Positions 1-11,765 of a stretch of 64,000 nucleotides of DNA are shown in pieces. A program made the position numbers and the translations under genes. The number at the start of each line of letters is the position of its first letter. The first letter of the stretch is position 1. Source of the DNA: an uncultured Gemmatimonadales bacterium (GTDB taxonomy: Bacteria > Gemmatimonadota > Gemmatimonadetes > Longimicrobiales > RSA9); assembly GCA_963741945.1 (NCBI GenBank), contig CAVUKA010000001.1, forward strand, positions 320,001 to 384,000, written 5' to 3'. Below the pieces are notes generated by a model, which was given only the letters and a program-made list of their open reading frames with translations, was not told where the DNA came from and searched no databases.

Positions 1-361
1 CGCCGGCCAGGGCGTGGCCGTGAACGGCCGCGATCACGGGGCGGGGATGGCGACGCATGGTGACGAGCAGGGCGCCGAGCGCCTCGGCATCGGCGAGGTT
101 GGCTGCGGGATCGGCGTTCTCGGCCATGCGCTCGAGCGCGGCCAGGTCCGCGCCCGCGCAGAAGTCCGGCCCCTCGGCGCGGAGGAGGATCACATGGGTG
201 TCGGGATCCGCGGCCGCGTCGATGAAGGCGTGGCGGAGCGCGGCCACGAGCGCGGGGTCCAGGGCGTTCCGCTTGTCGGGCCGGCTGAGGGTGAGCGTGA
301 GGACGCCGCCGCTGCGGTCCACCGCGAGCGGACCGGTGCGACCCGGCTCGGCGGACGACAT
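1..361 (-). CDS. Enoyl-CoA hydratase/isomerase (crotonase) family, 3' end runs off the window
   Basis: Manual translation: MSSAEPG...TLSRPDKRNALD...FCAGADL...PVIAAVHGHALAG; ATG at 361 overlaps the upstream stop. Confidence 0.85.
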   Translation of the reverse strand, partial: MSSAEPGRTGPLAVDRSGGVLTLTLSRPDKRNALDPALVAALRHAFIDAAADPDTHVILLRAEGPDFCAGADLAALERMAENADPAANLADAEALGALLVTMRRHPRPVIAAVHGHALAG

Positions 362-693
362 CAGACGCCCATGGCGTGTGGGAGATCGATTTCCATGCGG
401 AGCATGGCAGTGGAGAAGGTCTTCCCCTGGGCGTCGGTCATGAGCGACACGGTGCCGCCGCCGCCCAGGGCGTTATGGAGCAGGAAGTTCAGCGCGCCGA
501 GGTTCGGCAGCTCGAAGCGCTCCACGCTCCCGCGGACCATGTCGCCGAAATGCTCCTTGACGCGCTCGGTCGTGAGCTGCTCCACGAGCAGGTCGTAATG
601 GGCGGGGTCGTAGGCGATGACGCCCACGTTGACGGTGTCGCCCTTGTCGCCTGAGCGGGCGTGGGCGATGTCCTTGAGCTGGATCCTGGGCAT
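361..693 (-). CDS. AtuA-related small protein (AtuA C-terminal-like domain)
   Basis: AHARSGDKGD and LGGGG..SL..DAQGK motifs. Confidence 0.85.
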   Translation of the reverse strand: MPRIQLKDIAHARSGDKGDTVNVGVIAYDPAHYDLLVEQLTTERVKEHFGDMVRGSVERFELPNLGALNFLLHNALGGGGTVSLMTDAQGKTFSTAMLRMEIDLPHAMGV

Positions 694-811
694 CTGTACA
701 AGCCTCGGTTGTTCACGCGTTCTCGTAGCCGCCGGCGCGAACGCTCGCGCCGGGGGGCGCGGGCTTTCGGCGCCGTCCCGCCCGATCTGTTCCCCTGCTC
801 CCGCCGACGCG

Positions 812-2200
812 CTACGCCTCGGTCACCTCCACGCGGAGTCCCGCCTCGATCTCTTCCCGATCGATGAGGGCGGGCCAGAAGGCCATGATCTCCTGGACGC
901 GCGGGCGGCCGCCCGCGAAGCCGGTCACGGACGGCGGCCCGGAGAGGATGAGCGGGGCGATCTCGCGGGTGAAGCGCTCCACGAGCTTGCGCCTGTCGCT
1001 GCGGACGGCGATGCGGAGCTGCACTTCGGGGAGATTCTCCGGCGGCGGTCCGGCCAGGTGGCCGTGTGTGGCGTTCCAGCCCACGAACTCGGTGAGGATC
1101 TCGTCGAACTCGAGCCCGAGCCGTTCGAGGCGCTCGCGCAGCACGCGGTCCGCGGCCCTGGCCTTCTTGATGGCGTCGGGCCACGAATAGACGAGGGTTC
1201 CCACGGCTTTCCATCCGGCCTGGTAGGCGATGGAAACCTTCAGCTTGTCCGTCTTCGGACGCCCCTTCACGCCCCGGACGCGGACCCGGTTCTCTCCCTC
1301 CTGGTTCAGGCGGATGGTGGTGAAATCGGCCACCACATCGGGGGTGATATACTCCCGCGGGTCGCCCATCTCGTACAGGAGCTGCTCCTTCACGACGGCG
1401 GTCGTGATCCGGCCGCCGGTGTTCTCGTGCTTGGTGACCACGAAGCTGCCGTCGGCGAACGCCTCGATGATGGGATAGCCGATCCCGGCCAGGTCGGGGA
1501 CGAGCTCCCAATCCACCAGGCAGTTGCCGCCGCTGGCCTGGGCCCCGCACTCGTTGATGTGCCCCGCCACGACGCCCGCCGCCAGGCAGTCCCACGCGTC
1601 GGGGGCCCAGCCGAACTCATGCATCATCGGGCCGTACGTGAGCGCCGTGTCGGTGGACCGTCCGGTGACCACGACGGTGGCGCCGCGCTGTAGCGCGGTG
1701 ACGATGGGCTCGGCGCCGATATAGGCGTTCGCGGAGGCCACGCGGTCCAGAACGTCGGCGAGCGGCGCCCCGGTTTCCATGTGCCGGAGCTCGTGTCCCT
1801 GGTCGATGAGGCGATCGAGCCGCCCGAGCAGGTCGTCCCCCATGACCACGCCGATCCTCGCCCGCTCGCCGCTCGTGCCCGTGGTGCCGCGCGCGGCCTC
1901 CACGAGGGCGTCACGGCACGCCTCGAGGTTCACGCCCCCGGCGTTGGTGACCACGCGGATGCCCCGGGCGAGGAGGTCCGGGAACAGCTCCTCCATGAGC
2001 GGGACGAAGTCGCGGGCGTATCCCTGGGAGGGATCACGGGACTTCTGCTTCTGGAGGATGGACATGGTCACTTCCGCCAGGTAGTCCATCATCAGGTATT
2101 CGATGGGCCCGTTCCGGACCTGTTCGACAGGGGCGTCGAGGCGGTCGCCCCAGAAGCCCTGCCCGCTCGCGATCCGCACCCGTTTCTGGTCCCTCGTCAT
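812..2200 (-). CDS. Acyclic terpene utilisation AtuA family protein (DUF1446)
   Basis: [46 protein letters not shown]; start trimmed to MTRDQK. Confidence 0.88.
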   Translation of the reverse strand: MTRDQKRVRIASGQGFWGDRLDAPVEQVRNGPIEYLMMDYLAEVTMSILQKQKSRDPSQGYARDFVPLMEELFPDLLARGIRVVTNAGGVNLEACRDALVEAARGTTGTSGERARIGVVMGDDLLGRLDRLIDQGHELRHMETGAPLADVLDRVASANAYIGAEPIVTALQRGATVVVTGRSTDTALTYGPMMHEFGWAPDAWDCLAAGVVAGHINECGAQASGGNCLVDWELVPDLAGIGYPIIEAFADGSFVVTKHENTGGRITTAVVKEQLLYEMGDPREYITPDVVADFTTIRLNQEGENRVRVRGVKGRPKTDKLKVSIAYQAGWKAVGTLVYSWPDAIKKARAADRVLRERLERLGLEFDEILTEFVGWNATHGHLAGPPPENLPEVQLRIAVRSDRRKLVERFTREIAPLILSGPPSVTGFAGGRPRVQEIMAFWPALIDREEIEAGLRVEVTEA

Positions 2201-3591
2201 GCCACCGCCCTCTCTTCCGTCTCCGCCCGAGCCGACGGGATGGCTCGCAGCAACAAATAGCCCACCACGCCGGCAACCAGCGACGCGCAGAGGATTCCCA
2301 CCTTGACCTGCTCGAGCACGGCGCCATCGAATGCCAGGTCGGCAATGAAGAGCGACATGGTGAAACCGATCCCCGCGAGCAGCCCCGCGCCGGCAATGTG
2401 TCCGCCTCCGATGCCTTCCGGCAGTCCTGCCATGCCGACGCGCACGGCCAGCCATGCGAGGGCGCCGACGCCGAGGGGCTTGCCGATGAGGAGCCCGAGC
2501 GCAACGCCGACGACGACCGGGCTGGTCAGCCCCCGGACGACTTCCGATTGGAGCGCCACGCCGGCGTTGGCCAGCGCGAAGAGCGGCATGACGCCGAACG
2601 CCACCCAGGGGACCAGGGCGTGCTCGATGCGGAGCAGAGGCGACTGGACGTCCTCGGCCGCGCTTTCCAGCTGCTCCAGCGCCACTTCCTGCCGCTCGGT
2701 CAGCGGGTGGGCGGGATCCGGGCGCAGCCCGTCCGCCTCGAACTGCCGCAGGTAGTCACGCGCGCTGGCGACGAAATGCGGCACGTCGATGCGGGTGCGG
2801 GCGGGGATCGTCGTCGCCAGCAGCACGCCGGCGATGGTCGCGTGGACGCCGGAGCGGAGGAAGAAGAACCAGAGTACGACGCCGAGGAGCCCGTACACGG
2901 CCGGTCGGCGGACGCCGCCCCGATTCAGGCCGATGAGAACCACGAAGGTCATCAGACCATAGGAGAGGGCGGCCCAGTCGACGCCCTGGGAGTAGAAGAG
3001 GGCGATGACCAGGACGGCGCCGAGGTCGTCGACAATGGCGAGCGCAGCCAGGAAGATGCGGAGCCCCGGCGGAACGCGATCGCCGAGAATGGCGAGGACG
3101 CCGAGGGCGAACGCGATGTCCGTGGCCATGGGCACCCCCCATCCCCGCACTTCGGGGGTGCCGGCGTTGAACGCGACGAAGATCAGCGCGGGCACGGCCA
3201 TTCCGCCGATGGCGGCGGCGATGGGGAGCGCGGCCTTGCGCGGCGAAGCGAGCTCGCCCACCTGCACTTCGCGCTTGATCTCCAGCCCCACCATGAAGAA
3301 GAAGACGGCCATGAGGCCGTCGTTGATCCAGTAGTGGAGGGAGTAGTCGAGGTGAACGGGCCCGCCGCCGACCGTCAGGTGCGTCTCCCACAGGTGGAAA
3401 TACGACGGGGCCCATGGCGAGTTGGCCCAGAGCAGCGCGACGGCCGCGCAGCCCAGAAGCACGATGCCGCTGGCCGACTCCGCGTGGAAGAACTCCTGGA
3501 ACGGGAGGACGAGCCGGCGCACCAGTGTGGGCCGACTGCGGCCCGTGGGGGCCGGAGGGATCGGCGGCCCCGGGGCCGTGGGTCCGCTCAT
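2197..3591 (-). CDS. nhaA: Na+/H+ antiporter NhaA
   Basis: [44 protein letters not shown]. Confidence 0.95.
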   Translation of the reverse strand: MSGPTAPGPPIPPAPTGRSRPTLVRRLVLPFQEFFHAESASGIVLLGCAAVALLWANSPWAPSYFHLWETHLTVGGGPVHLDYSLHYWINDGLMAVFFFMVGLEIKREVQVGELASPRKAALPIAAAIGGMAVPALIFVAFNAGTPEVRGWGVPMATDIAFALGVLAILGDRVPPGLRIFLAALAIVDDLGAVLVIALFYSQGVDWAALSYGLMTFVVLIGLNRGGVRRPAVYGLLGVVLWFFFLRSGVHATIAGVLLATTIPARTRIDVPHFVASARDYLRQFEADGLRPDPAHPLTERQEVALEQLESAAEDVQSPLLRIEHALVPWVAFGVMPLFALANAGVALQSEVVRGLTSPVVVGVALGLLIGKPLGVGALAWLAVRVGMAGLPEGIGGGHIAGAGLLAGIGFTMSLFIADLAFDGAVLEQVKVGILCASLVAGVVGYLLLRAIPSARAETEERAVA

Positions 3592-5204
3592 GCGCCTTCC
3601 AGCGCGCCGAAGGGGCCAATGTGCGGGCCCGCGTTGTGCAGCGCCGCCCGCAGCACGAACGCGAGCGTGGGCCGGACCTGCTCCGGGCGGAGGATGGAAT
3701 CGACGAAGCCGCGGGCGGCGGCGTGGCGAGCATCCAGCTGGCGCTCGTAGTCGGCCCGAACGGCATCGAGCCTGGCCTGGAGCTCCGCATCGGGCTGCCG
3801 CTTCTCCTTCTTGAGCTCTTCGAGCTGCGGACCGAAGAGCGCCACGACCGCGCTCTCCCCCTCCATCACTCCCATGCGGCCCGTCGGGAGGGTGAAGATG
3901 AAGTCGGGATCGAAGCCCTGCCCGGCCATGGCGTAGTAGCCGGCCCCCGACGCGTGATTCAGCGTGAGCACGACGATGGGCACGGGCGCCGTGGCCATGG
4001 CCTCGACGAAGCGGGCGCCCGCGCGGATGATCCCGGACTGCTCCGCTTCGATCCCGACCATGAAGCCGCTCACGTCCTGCACGAACAGGATGGGCGTCCC
4101 GTGACGGCTCATGGTTTCGATGAAGTAGGCGGACTTCTCGGCACTCTCCGTGTAGATGATCCCGCCGAACCTGGGCGCCCCGCCCTTCACGTTCTCGATC
4201 ATCCCGCGCCGGTTCGCCAGCACGCCCACGGCCACGCCATCCAGGCGGGCCGTGGCGCACAGCATCTCGGGCGCGCGGTCGGCCTGGAACTCATCGTAGT
4301 CGCCACCGTCGAGGAGAGCCCGGAGCACAGCATCGATGTCGTACGGCTGTCGGTGGTCCTCCGGGAGGACATCATAGAGGGAGTGGGCGGGCGCGGCCGC
4401 GGGCTCGTCCTCCGCGACGGCCGCGCGTGGAGGCTCGTACGGGATCTCCTCCACGAGCTGACGGATGCGATCGAGGCATGCGCGGTCGTCCGGGGTCCGG
4501 TAATGGGCCACGCCGCTGAGCGCGTTGTGCGTCCACGCCCCGCCCAGCTCCTCCGACTCCACGGTGGCGCCGGTGGCGCCCTTGACGAGGTTGGGGCCGC
4601 CGAGCCCCATGAAGCTGGTGCCCTCCACCATCAGGATGACGTCCGAGAGCGCCGGGAGGTAGGCGCCGCCGGCGATGCACGGTCCCATGACGGCGGCGAT
4701 CTGCGGCACGTTCAGGTAGTGCCGCATGATGGAGTTGTAGTAGAAGAGCCTGGCCGCGCCGTACTGCCCCGGAAAGACACCGCCCTGGTAGGGCAGGTTC
4801 ACCCCCGCGCTGTCCACCAGGTAGATGATGGGGATGCGGCAGCGCATGGCGATCTCCTGCGCCCGCAGCATCTTCGTGATGGTCTCCGGCCACCAGGAGC
4901 CCGCCTTGACGGTGGCGTCGTTGGCGATGACCACCACCGGACGGCCCTGGACGGAGCCCAGGCCGGTGACCACGCCGGCGCCGGGAGCCTGGCCATCATA
5001 GCGGTCATGGGCCACGAGGAGGCCCACTTCGTGGAAGGGGGTTCGCGGATCCAGGAGCAGCGCGATCCGCTCGCGCGCGGTCAGCTTGCCAGCCGAATGC
5101 TGGCGCCGGATCTTCGCCTCGCCACCACCCTGCCGGAGCTTCGCCTCGAGCTCGTCCAGCTCCGACGTCAGGCGGCGCAGCCGCGACTCGATCCGCTGCG
5201 CCAC
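3588..5204 (-). CDS. Acyl-CoA carboxylase carboxyltransferase (beta) subunit, methylcrotonyl/geranyl-CoA carboxylase-like
   Basis: GKLTARERI, ANDATVKAG, YLVDSAGVNL, GPCIAGGAY; GTG start inferred. Confidence 0.9.
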   Translation of the reverse strand: MAQRIESRLRRLTSELDELEAKLRQGGGEAKIRRQHSAGKLTARERIALLLDPRTPFHEVGLLVAHDRYDGQAPGAGVVTGLGSVQGRPVVVIANDATVKAGSWWPETITKMLRAQEIAMRCRIPIIYLVDSAGVNLPYQGGVFPGQYGAARLFYYNSIMRHYLNVPQIAAVMGPCIAGGAYLPALSDVILMVEGTSFMGLGGPNLVKGATGATVESEELGGAWTHNALSGVAHYRTPDDRACLDRIRQLVEEIPYEPPRAAVAEDEPAAAPAHSLYDVLPEDHRQPYDIDAVLRALLDGGDYDEFQADRAPEMLCATARLDGVAVGVLANRRGMIENVKGGAPRFGGIIYTESAEKSAYFIETMSRHGTPILFVQDVSGFMVGIEAEQSGIIRAGARFVEAMATAPVPIVVLTLNHASGAGYYAMAGQGFDPDFIFTLPTGRMGVMEGESAVVALFGPQLEELKKEKRQPDAELQARLDAVRADYERQLDARHAAARGFVDSILRPEQVRPTLAFVLRAALHNAGPHIGPFGALEGA

Positions 5205-5208
5205 CGCC

Positions 5209-5625
5209 CTACGCCTGGCCCGCGTGCCGCTCCGCGAACCACTCGCGGATGTACTCGATCGGCTCACCCGTGGGCGTGCCCGGACCGAAGAGGCGCCCCA
5301 CGCCCATCTCCCGCAGCGCCTCCATGTCCTCCTCCGGGATGATGCCGCCACCCGACAGGAGGATGTGATCCGCGCCCTCCTCGCGGAGCAGCTCCAGCAC
5401 GCGCGGGAAGAGCGTCATGTGGGCACCCGAGAGAATGCTGAGCGCCACGACGTCCACATCTTCCTGCACCGCGGCGCTCACGATCATCTCGGGCGTCTGG
5501 TGCAGCCCCGTGTAGATGACCTCGAACCCCGCATCGCGCATGGCGCTGGCCATCACCTTCGCCCCGCGGTCGTGGCCATCGAGCCCCGGCTTCGCCACCA
5601 GCACCCGGATCTTCCGTTCCACCAT
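5209..5625 (-). CDS. Acyl-CoA mutase small (cobalamin-binding) subunit
   Basis: [11 protein letters not shown] (DxHxxG), SILSGAH, GGGIIP. Confidence 0.93.
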   Translation of the reverse strand: MVERKIRVLVAKPGLDGHDRGAKVMASAMRDAGFEVIYTGLHQTPEMIVSAAVQEDVDVVALSILSGAHMTLFPRVLELLREEGADHILLSGGGIIPEEDMEALREMGVGRLFGPGTPTGEPIEYIREWFAERHAGQA

Positions 5626-5698
5626 TGTCCCCGCCTCCATGCTGCCGGAATCGCTGCCGGAAAGTATAGGCGACGGGAACGCCTCGGCAACGTCGTGG

Positions 5699-6466
5699 TC
5701 AGCGTCGTTCCGCCCGCAGGATCAGCCGCTCCGCCCCGGGAGTGAACGGCTCGCCGTCCCAGTCGCCCCACGCCGCGGCCGGACGGAGCCCGACGGAAGC
5801 CACCAGGGCGGTCAGCTCCGCGGCCGTGCGCAGGCGGAGCGAATGCCGGAGTCGACCGCCGCCGCCGGGGCCATCCCAGCGGAGGACCTCGTGGCTGATC
5901 CCGCGCTCCCGGTCCAGGCGACGCCGTGCCCGCACGACCGTCCCATCGTCCAGCCGCCACCGGTCGCGGGGAGCGAAGTGCGGCTCCACGTCCTCCCGGT
6001 GCATCCCCTCCAGGAGCAGGCGGCCGCCGGGGCGGAGGACGCGGGCAGCCTCCGCCAGCGCCGTCCGGGCGGGAGCGTCATCGAGGAAGAGGCCGAGGCT
6101 GGTGGCGAGGTTCAGCACCGCGTCGAAGGACGCGTCAGCGAAGGGGAGGGCGAGCATGGTGGCGCAGCAGAGCTGTGGGTGGGAGTGCTCCGCGGGATGC
6201 GGGCCCGGAGTGCGGGTAAGGGCAGCGGCCGCCTGGCGGAGGAGGGGCTCGGAGAGATCGAGCCCGACCACCCGGTGACCGGCCTCCCGGAGCAGCGCCA
6301 GGTGACGGCCCCAGCCGCAGCCGAGGTCGAGGAGGCGGTCCTCCTGAGAAAGTGCGAGCATCTCGCGCAGCCCGGCCACTTCCCGGCGCGCCTCCGCTTC
6401 GGTGTGGAACGGGGCGAGGACGCGGGCGTAAGCGTCGCCGAAGAACGATCGACCGGTAGCGGTCAC
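5699..6466 (-). CDS. Class I SAM-dependent methyltransferase
   Basis: [27 protein letters not shown]; start approximate. Confidence 0.88.
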   Translation of the reverse strand: MTATGRSFFGDAYARVLAPFHTEAEARREVAGLREMLALSQEDRLLDLGCGWGRHLALLREAGHRVVGLDLSEPLLRQAAAALTRTPGPHPAEHSHPQLCCATMLALPFADASFDAVLNLATSLGLFLDDAPARTALAEAARVLRPGGRLLLEGMHREDVEPHFAPRDRWRLDDGTVVRARRRLDRERGISHEVLRWDGPGGGGRLRHSLRLRTAAELTALVASVGLRPAAAWGDWDGEPFTPGAERLILRAERR

Positions 6467-6470
6467 GGGC

Positions 6471-7841
6471 TCAATCCGAGCCGGTCTCCGGACCGGGCGT
6501 GTCCAGGGGGGGCCGGGGCTCCAGGATGAGCGCCAGTCGCACGATCCGGCGACCGTCCATGGCCAGGACCCGGAACCGCCCCTCGTCGAAGCGGACCTCG
6601 TCGCCGGGATGGGCAATACGCCCGAGCCGGCTCATCACGTACCCGGCCACGGTCGTATAGTCGTCCTCGGGCACAGCGATGTGGAAGCGCTCGTTGACCT
6701 CCACCACCGTGACCGCGCCCGAAATGAGAGCCGCCCCCTCTTCCGTTTCCAGGATCTCGTCCTGTTCCTCTTCGTGCTCGTCGCGGATCTCGCCGACGAT
6801 CTCCTCGAGCAGGTCCTCGATGGTCACGATGCCCGCGGTGCCGCCGAACTCGTCCACCACCACGGCAAAATGGATCCGCTCGCGCTGCATGTCGCGCAGC
6901 AGGTCTTCCACGGACTTGCTCTCGGGGATGTAGCGGGCGGGCCGCATGACCTCCTTCAGGTCCACCACGCCGTCGCGCTGGGCTCGCCAGACCTCACGGG
7001 CCAGGACCATTCCCAGGACGTGATCCAGGTTCTCCTCGTAGACCGGCAGACGGGAGTGGCCCTCGGCGATCATGACGTCGCCCACCTGATCCACCGTGAA
7101 GTCCACCGGCACGGCCACCACTTCGGTGCGCGGCGTCATCACTTCGGCCGCGCTCGTCTCGGAGAGGTCGAACACGCCCCGGATCATCTCCACCGGCTCC
7201 TTGGAGAGGAAGCCGGACTCGTAGGTCTGGTTCAGGATCATCTCGATCTCCTCGGGACGGTGCACCCTCTCCATCTCCGTGGCCGCGCGAAGCCCCATCA
7301 TGCGCAACAGGAGGTTGGCGGAGCCGTTGAGAACATGGATGACCGGGGTGAAGACGCGGGAGAAGATGATCAGGGGCGGCGAAGTCCAGAGGCTCACGGT
7401 CTCCGGGAAGAGCAGCGCCACGGACTTGGGCGCGAGCTCGCCCAGGACGATGTGCATGACCGTGATCAGGCTGAAGGCCAGCGTCCCCGCAACGGTGTGG
7501 GCGGCCAGCGCATCGAACGGCGACGGCAGTCCATGGAACGCCTGCATGAACACGACGGACAGCGTGCTCTCGCCCACCCACCCGAGCCCGAGCGACGCCA
7601 GCGTGATACCGAGCTGAGTGGCCGAGATGTAGTGATCCAGGTGGGTGAGGACGTGGGCGGCCATTTTCGCCCGCCGGCTCCCCTCCGCGGCCATGTGCTC
7701 CATGCGTGTCCGGCGCGCGCCCACCAGGCCGAACTCCGCGGCCACGAAGAACGCGTTGCAGCCGACGAGGAGGAGCGCGGCTGAGAGCCGCCAGGCCACC
7801 TGGGCAGCAGTGAGCGTGGCGACCGGGTCCGCTTCCATCAC
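6471..7841 (-). CDS. Hemolysin/CorC-HlyC family (CNNM + CBS + CorC domains)
   Basis: [40 protein letters not shown]. Confidence 0.92.
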   Translation of the reverse strand: MMEADPVATLTAAQVAWRLSAALLLVGCNAFFVAAEFGLVGARRTRMEHMAAEGSRRAKMAAHVLTHLDHYISATQLGITLASLGLGWVGESTLSVVFMQAFHGLPSPFDALAAHTVAGTLAFSLITVMHIVLGELAPKSVALLFPETVSLWTSPPLIIFSRVFTPVIHVLNGSANLLLRMMGLRAATEMERVHRPEEIEMILNQTYESGFLSKEPVEMIRGVFDLSETSAAEVMTPRTEVVAVPVDFTVDQVGDVMIAEGHSRLPVYEENLDHVLGMVLAREVWRAQRDGVVDLKEVMRPARYIPESKSVEDLLRDMQRERIHFAVVVDEFGGTAGIVTIEDLLEEIVGEIRDEHEEEQDEILETEEGAALISGAVTVVEVNERFHIAVPEDDYTTVAGYVMSRLGRIAHPGDEVRFDEGRFRVLAMDGRRIVRLALILEPRPPLDTPGPETGSD

Positions 7842-8518
7842 GGCACGCCGAGGAGCGTCGGGAGCTGCGTGATGCGGTCTATGCAGGCGACGTCGTCCCG
7901 AGGCTCATCCACGAGCAGGACCGCTCGGATCCCGGCCCGCCTGGCACCCACCACATCCACTTCGAACGTGTCTCCCACGTACACGGTCTCCTCCGGCGCC
8001 ACACCCATGGCGTCGCACGCCATTCTGAAAATCCGGGAGTCCGGCTTCTCGATCCCCACCACGGCGGAATCCAGGATGACCTCGAACAGGTCGGCGAGGC
8101 CAGCGGCTTCGAGGAACTCGGCCACGCGACCGTCCGCGTTCGAGATCACGCCGAGGCGAAGCCCTGCGGCCTTCAGCCCCTCGAGCATCGCGCGGGTTCC
8201 GGGGACGGGACGGATCCACAGCCGGCCTTCCGCGTGACGCTTCCGGATGTCCCCGGCCACCGCCTCCAGCCGCTCCGCCGGCAGCCCGAGATGGTCGAAC
8301 AACGCCGTGAACCAGGCACGCGCCCGTGTCGCATCGGTACCGGGGTCGTCCGACCGCAGGATGTCACCCACGGCCGCCTGGGCGTGGCGTCGGGCCGCGG
8401 CAAACGCCGCCGCGTCCGCCTGCACACCTTCGCGGGCGAGGCGGTCCAGGATGAATTCGTGATCCGGATGGATGAGCGTGCCCCCGGCGTCCAGGAGCAC
8501 GGCTCGGAGCGCGGGCAT
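7838..8518 (-). CDS. HAD-family hydrolase
   Basis: DAGGTL, ISNAD, EKPD..IF, YVGD...DVVGA. Confidence 0.88.
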   Translation of the reverse strand: MPALRAVLLDAGGTLIHPDHEFILDRLAREGVQADAAAFAAARRHAQAAVGDILRSDDPGTDATRARAWFTALFDHLGLPAERLEAVAGDIRKRHAEGRLWIRPVPGTRAMLEGLKAAGLRLGVISNADGRVAEFLEAAGLADLFEVILDSAVVGIEKPDSRIFRMACDAMGVAPEETVYVGDTFEVDVVGARRAGIRAVLLVDEPRDDVACIDRITQLPTLLGVP

Positions 8519-10246
8519 CAGAAGAAGACCGGCTCCCGGAAGCTGCCGTAGACCGACTCGAGGGCGTTGCGGATCTCGAACAGCGTACAGTAGGCGCGCA
8601 CGCACTCCAGCATCGGCTCCACCACGTTCTCCTCCCCGCGCGCGGCCTGGCGGAGGCGCTCCAGCGTGGCCTCCACCCGGCCATCGTCGCGCGCGCCCCG
8701 GAGCTTCGCCAGGCGCTCGTCCTGCGTGCGCGCGGCCTCCTCGCCCACTTTCAGGATCTCGATATCCGTCTCGTCGTTGCCGCCCAGGAAATCGTTGACT
8801 CCCACCACCACGCGCTCGCCACTGTCGATCTCCCGCTGCTGCCGCTCGGCGCTGCGGGCGATCTCGCGCTGAAAGTACCCCTGCTCGATGCCCGGCACCA
8901 CGCCGCCCATGGTCTCGATCTCATCGAAGATCGCTTCGGCCTCCGCCTCGAGACCGTCCGTGAGGCTCTCCACGAAATAGGAACCCGCCAGCGGGTCGAT
9001 CGTGTTCGCGACGCCGGTCTCGTAGGCGAGCACCTGCTGCGTCCGGAGCGCGATCCGCACGCTCTTCTCCGTGGGCAGCGCCAGCGTCTCGTCCATGGAA
9101 TTGGTGTGCAGGCTCTGCGTCCCGCCCAGTGCGGCCGCCATGGCCTGATAGGCCACGCGCACGATGTTGTTCTCCGGCTGCGGTGCGACCAGGCTCACGC
9201 CCGCGGTCTGCGCGTGCGTGCGAAGGCGCCAGCTCTCCTCCTTCTTCGCCCCGTACTCCTCCTTCATGCGCCTCGCCCAGATCCGGCGCGCGGCGCGGAA
9301 TTTCGCGATCTCCTCGAAGAAGTCGTTGTGGACGTCGAAGAAGAAGCTGAGGCGCGGCGCGAAGTCGTCCACGTCGAGCCCCCGCTCGATCCCGCGGCGG
9401 ACGTACTCGAAGCCGTTGCGAAGCGTGTACGCCAGCTCCTGGCCCGCGGTGGAGCCGGCCTCGCGGATGTGGTAGCCGCTGATGCTGATGGGGTTGTACT
9501 TGGGCGCGTTCGTGGCGCACCACTCGAACATGTCCACGATCAGCTTGAGCGCCGGCTCCGGCGGGTAGATCCACGCGTGCTGCGCCTGGTACTCCTTCAG
9601 GATGTCGTTCTGGACCGTGCCCCGGAGCTTGTCGGGGGACACGCCCTGCTTTTCCGCCGCCACGACGTAGAAGCAGAAGGCCATGATGGCCGGGCCGTTG
9701 ATGGTCATGGAGACGCTCACCCGGTCGAGCGGGATGCCGTCGAAGAGCGTCTCCATGTCGGCCAGGCTCGAGATGGCCACACCGCACTTCCCCACCTCGC
9801 CCAGCGAGCGCGGGTGGTCGCTGTCGTAGCCCATGAGCGTGGGGAAGTCGAACGCCACGCTGAGCCCCGTCTGTCCCTGCTCCAGCAGGTACTTGTACCG
9901 CTGGTTCGTCTCGAGCGACGTGCCGAAGCCCGCGAACTGCCGTTTCGTCCACAACCGGGTCCGGTACATCGTGGTGTACGGCCCGCGCGTGAACGGGTAT
10001 TCCCCGGGGAAGCCCAGCTTCGCCAGATAGTCCCAGTCGACCCCGAGGTCCGCCGGCGTGTACAGCGGGTTCACGGGCGTCCCGGAGATCGTGCTGAACC
10101 GCACATCCCGCTCGCCCACACCTTCGTACGCCCGCTCCCACTCCGCCAACCGGGCGCGGAGCGCGTCCAGCTCGCGCTCCTGCGCCTCGAGTCGCGCCTC
10201 GAGCTCAGCACCGTCCGCCGGCAGGTCCTTCTCGACTGTGTCCCAT
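8518..10246 (-). CDS. Acyl-CoA mutase large subunit (methylmalonyl-CoA mutase family; isobutyryl-CoA mutase-like residues); apparent +1 indel just after the ATG
   Basis: RQFAGF, GLSVAFD, GTVQNDILKEY, ISISGYHIREAG, GGTQSLHTN. Intact frame is 8518-10149. The RBS-preceded ATG at 10246 is out of frame by one G. Confidence 0.9.
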
Positions 10247-10503
10247 TCAGCTTCTCCGACCTGGATTCCGGGTCTCCGGGATCGAACGGGGATTTCCTAC
10301 CCGTGTGTGGCGCGCACGATCCGGACCTCGCGGGGCTCGGCCTCGCCGGACAGCCACAGCCGCGGCGCCGGCTCACGCAAAGGTCGGCCGGGGCGGGGGC
10401 CGCCGCAAGCGGATCACGCACGGAAACCCGGGGACGCGCCCGGCGATCCGCGTGTGGATCCGGGCGTCACCGCCGCGCCAGCCGGTGCTCCGCTCCCCTC
10501 AGC

Positions 10504-11654
10504 TCAGCGCACCGCGGCGTCGACCACGCGCGTCGCCACCTCGTAGGGCGAGACCTTCCCCGCGGCCAGGTCGTCGAGGGCGGCGTCCAGGACCGCAGTC
10601 CCCTCGGACTCCTTCCAGACGCGGGCGAGGAGCTGCTGCTGGACCGACATCGCGGACGCGCTCCTTCAGGCGCTCCAGGCGACGCCGGGCCAGCTCCCCG
10701 CTCTCCTCCAGCCAGCTCCAGTGGGCATCGAGACGCTCGAGCAGCTCCGGTACGCCGTCGCCGGTCTCGGCCGTGGTCAGCAGCACGGGGATCGGCCACG
10801 TCTCGACGCGCGACGGGTCGGCGGGCGAAGGCTCCGCCTCCGGCCGGGAGCCGGGTTCCGGGATCGGTTCGCCCTCTCCCGCCCGTCTCGCTTCCATCTT
10901 CGCCCTCGCCGTCTTCGCGCGGTTGAGCTGCACGCCGTGGTGCGCGGGGATGTTCTTCATGGCGTCGCCCAGGCGGAGGTGGAGCATCATCTCGACCTCC
11001 TTGGCGAGGCGGGGAGCGCCCGGGCGATCCGCCTTGTTGATGACGAAGGCGTCGGCGGCTTCCATGAGCCCCGCCTTCATGGTCTGGATGGCGTCGCCGG
11101 ACTCGGGGACCAGGACGACCACGGTGGTGTCCGCTGCGGCGGCGATGTCCAGCTCGCTCTGGCCGACGCCGACCGTCTCGACGAGGATGACGTCGAAGCC
11201 GAACGCGGCGAGGACGTCCATGGCCTCGCGGGTGGTGGCGGCGAGACCGCCGAGTGCGCCCCGCGTCGCCATGGACCGGACGAACACGCCCTCGCCCTGC
11301 GCCACCTCGTTCATGCGGATGCGGTCGCCGAGGAGCGCGCCGCCGGTATACGGGCTGGTGGGGTCCACGGCGATCACCCCGACGGTCTGTCCGCGCTCGC
11401 GGAAACGACGGATCAGGTCGGCCGTGAGCGTCGACTTCCCCGCCCCGGGCGGCCCCGTGATCCCTATGCGGCGGCTGCCGCGGATCCGGGAGTGCAGCGC
11501 GTCCAGGACCGCCTGGAACCCGGGCTGCTGGTTCTCGACAATGGAGATGACGCGGGCCAGCGCGGCACGCTTCCCGTCGCTGAATTTCTCGAGCAGGTCT
11601 TCCTGCGCTGGGGCTGAGCGGCTCGGCCGCGGCCCGGGACTGCTGTGTGTTCAT
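10504..11654 (-). pseudogene. meaB: MeaB/ArgK GTPase chaperone of B12 mutases, with two apparent frameshifts (~11610, ~10645); may be assembly errors
   Basis: GITGPPGAGKST, AVDPTSPYTGGALLGDRIRM, ETVGVGQSE, INKAD; C-terminal ..SPYEVA.. lies in a different frame. Confidence 0.8.
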
Positions 11655-11765
11655 GGGCGGAAGGTCGGGGGAAGGGAGGGAATCGTCAAACAGTGCGTGA
11701 GGACGGGAGCGGGGACCACCGGCCAGATCGGCGCACCCGTCCTTCCCGCCGCTCACGGCGGGCCG

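Noticed and set aside
10250-10500. Cobalamin riboswitch upstream of the mutase
   Set aside because: GC-rich stems are present but I could not find the B12-box or other core motifs; an Rfam scan would be needed.
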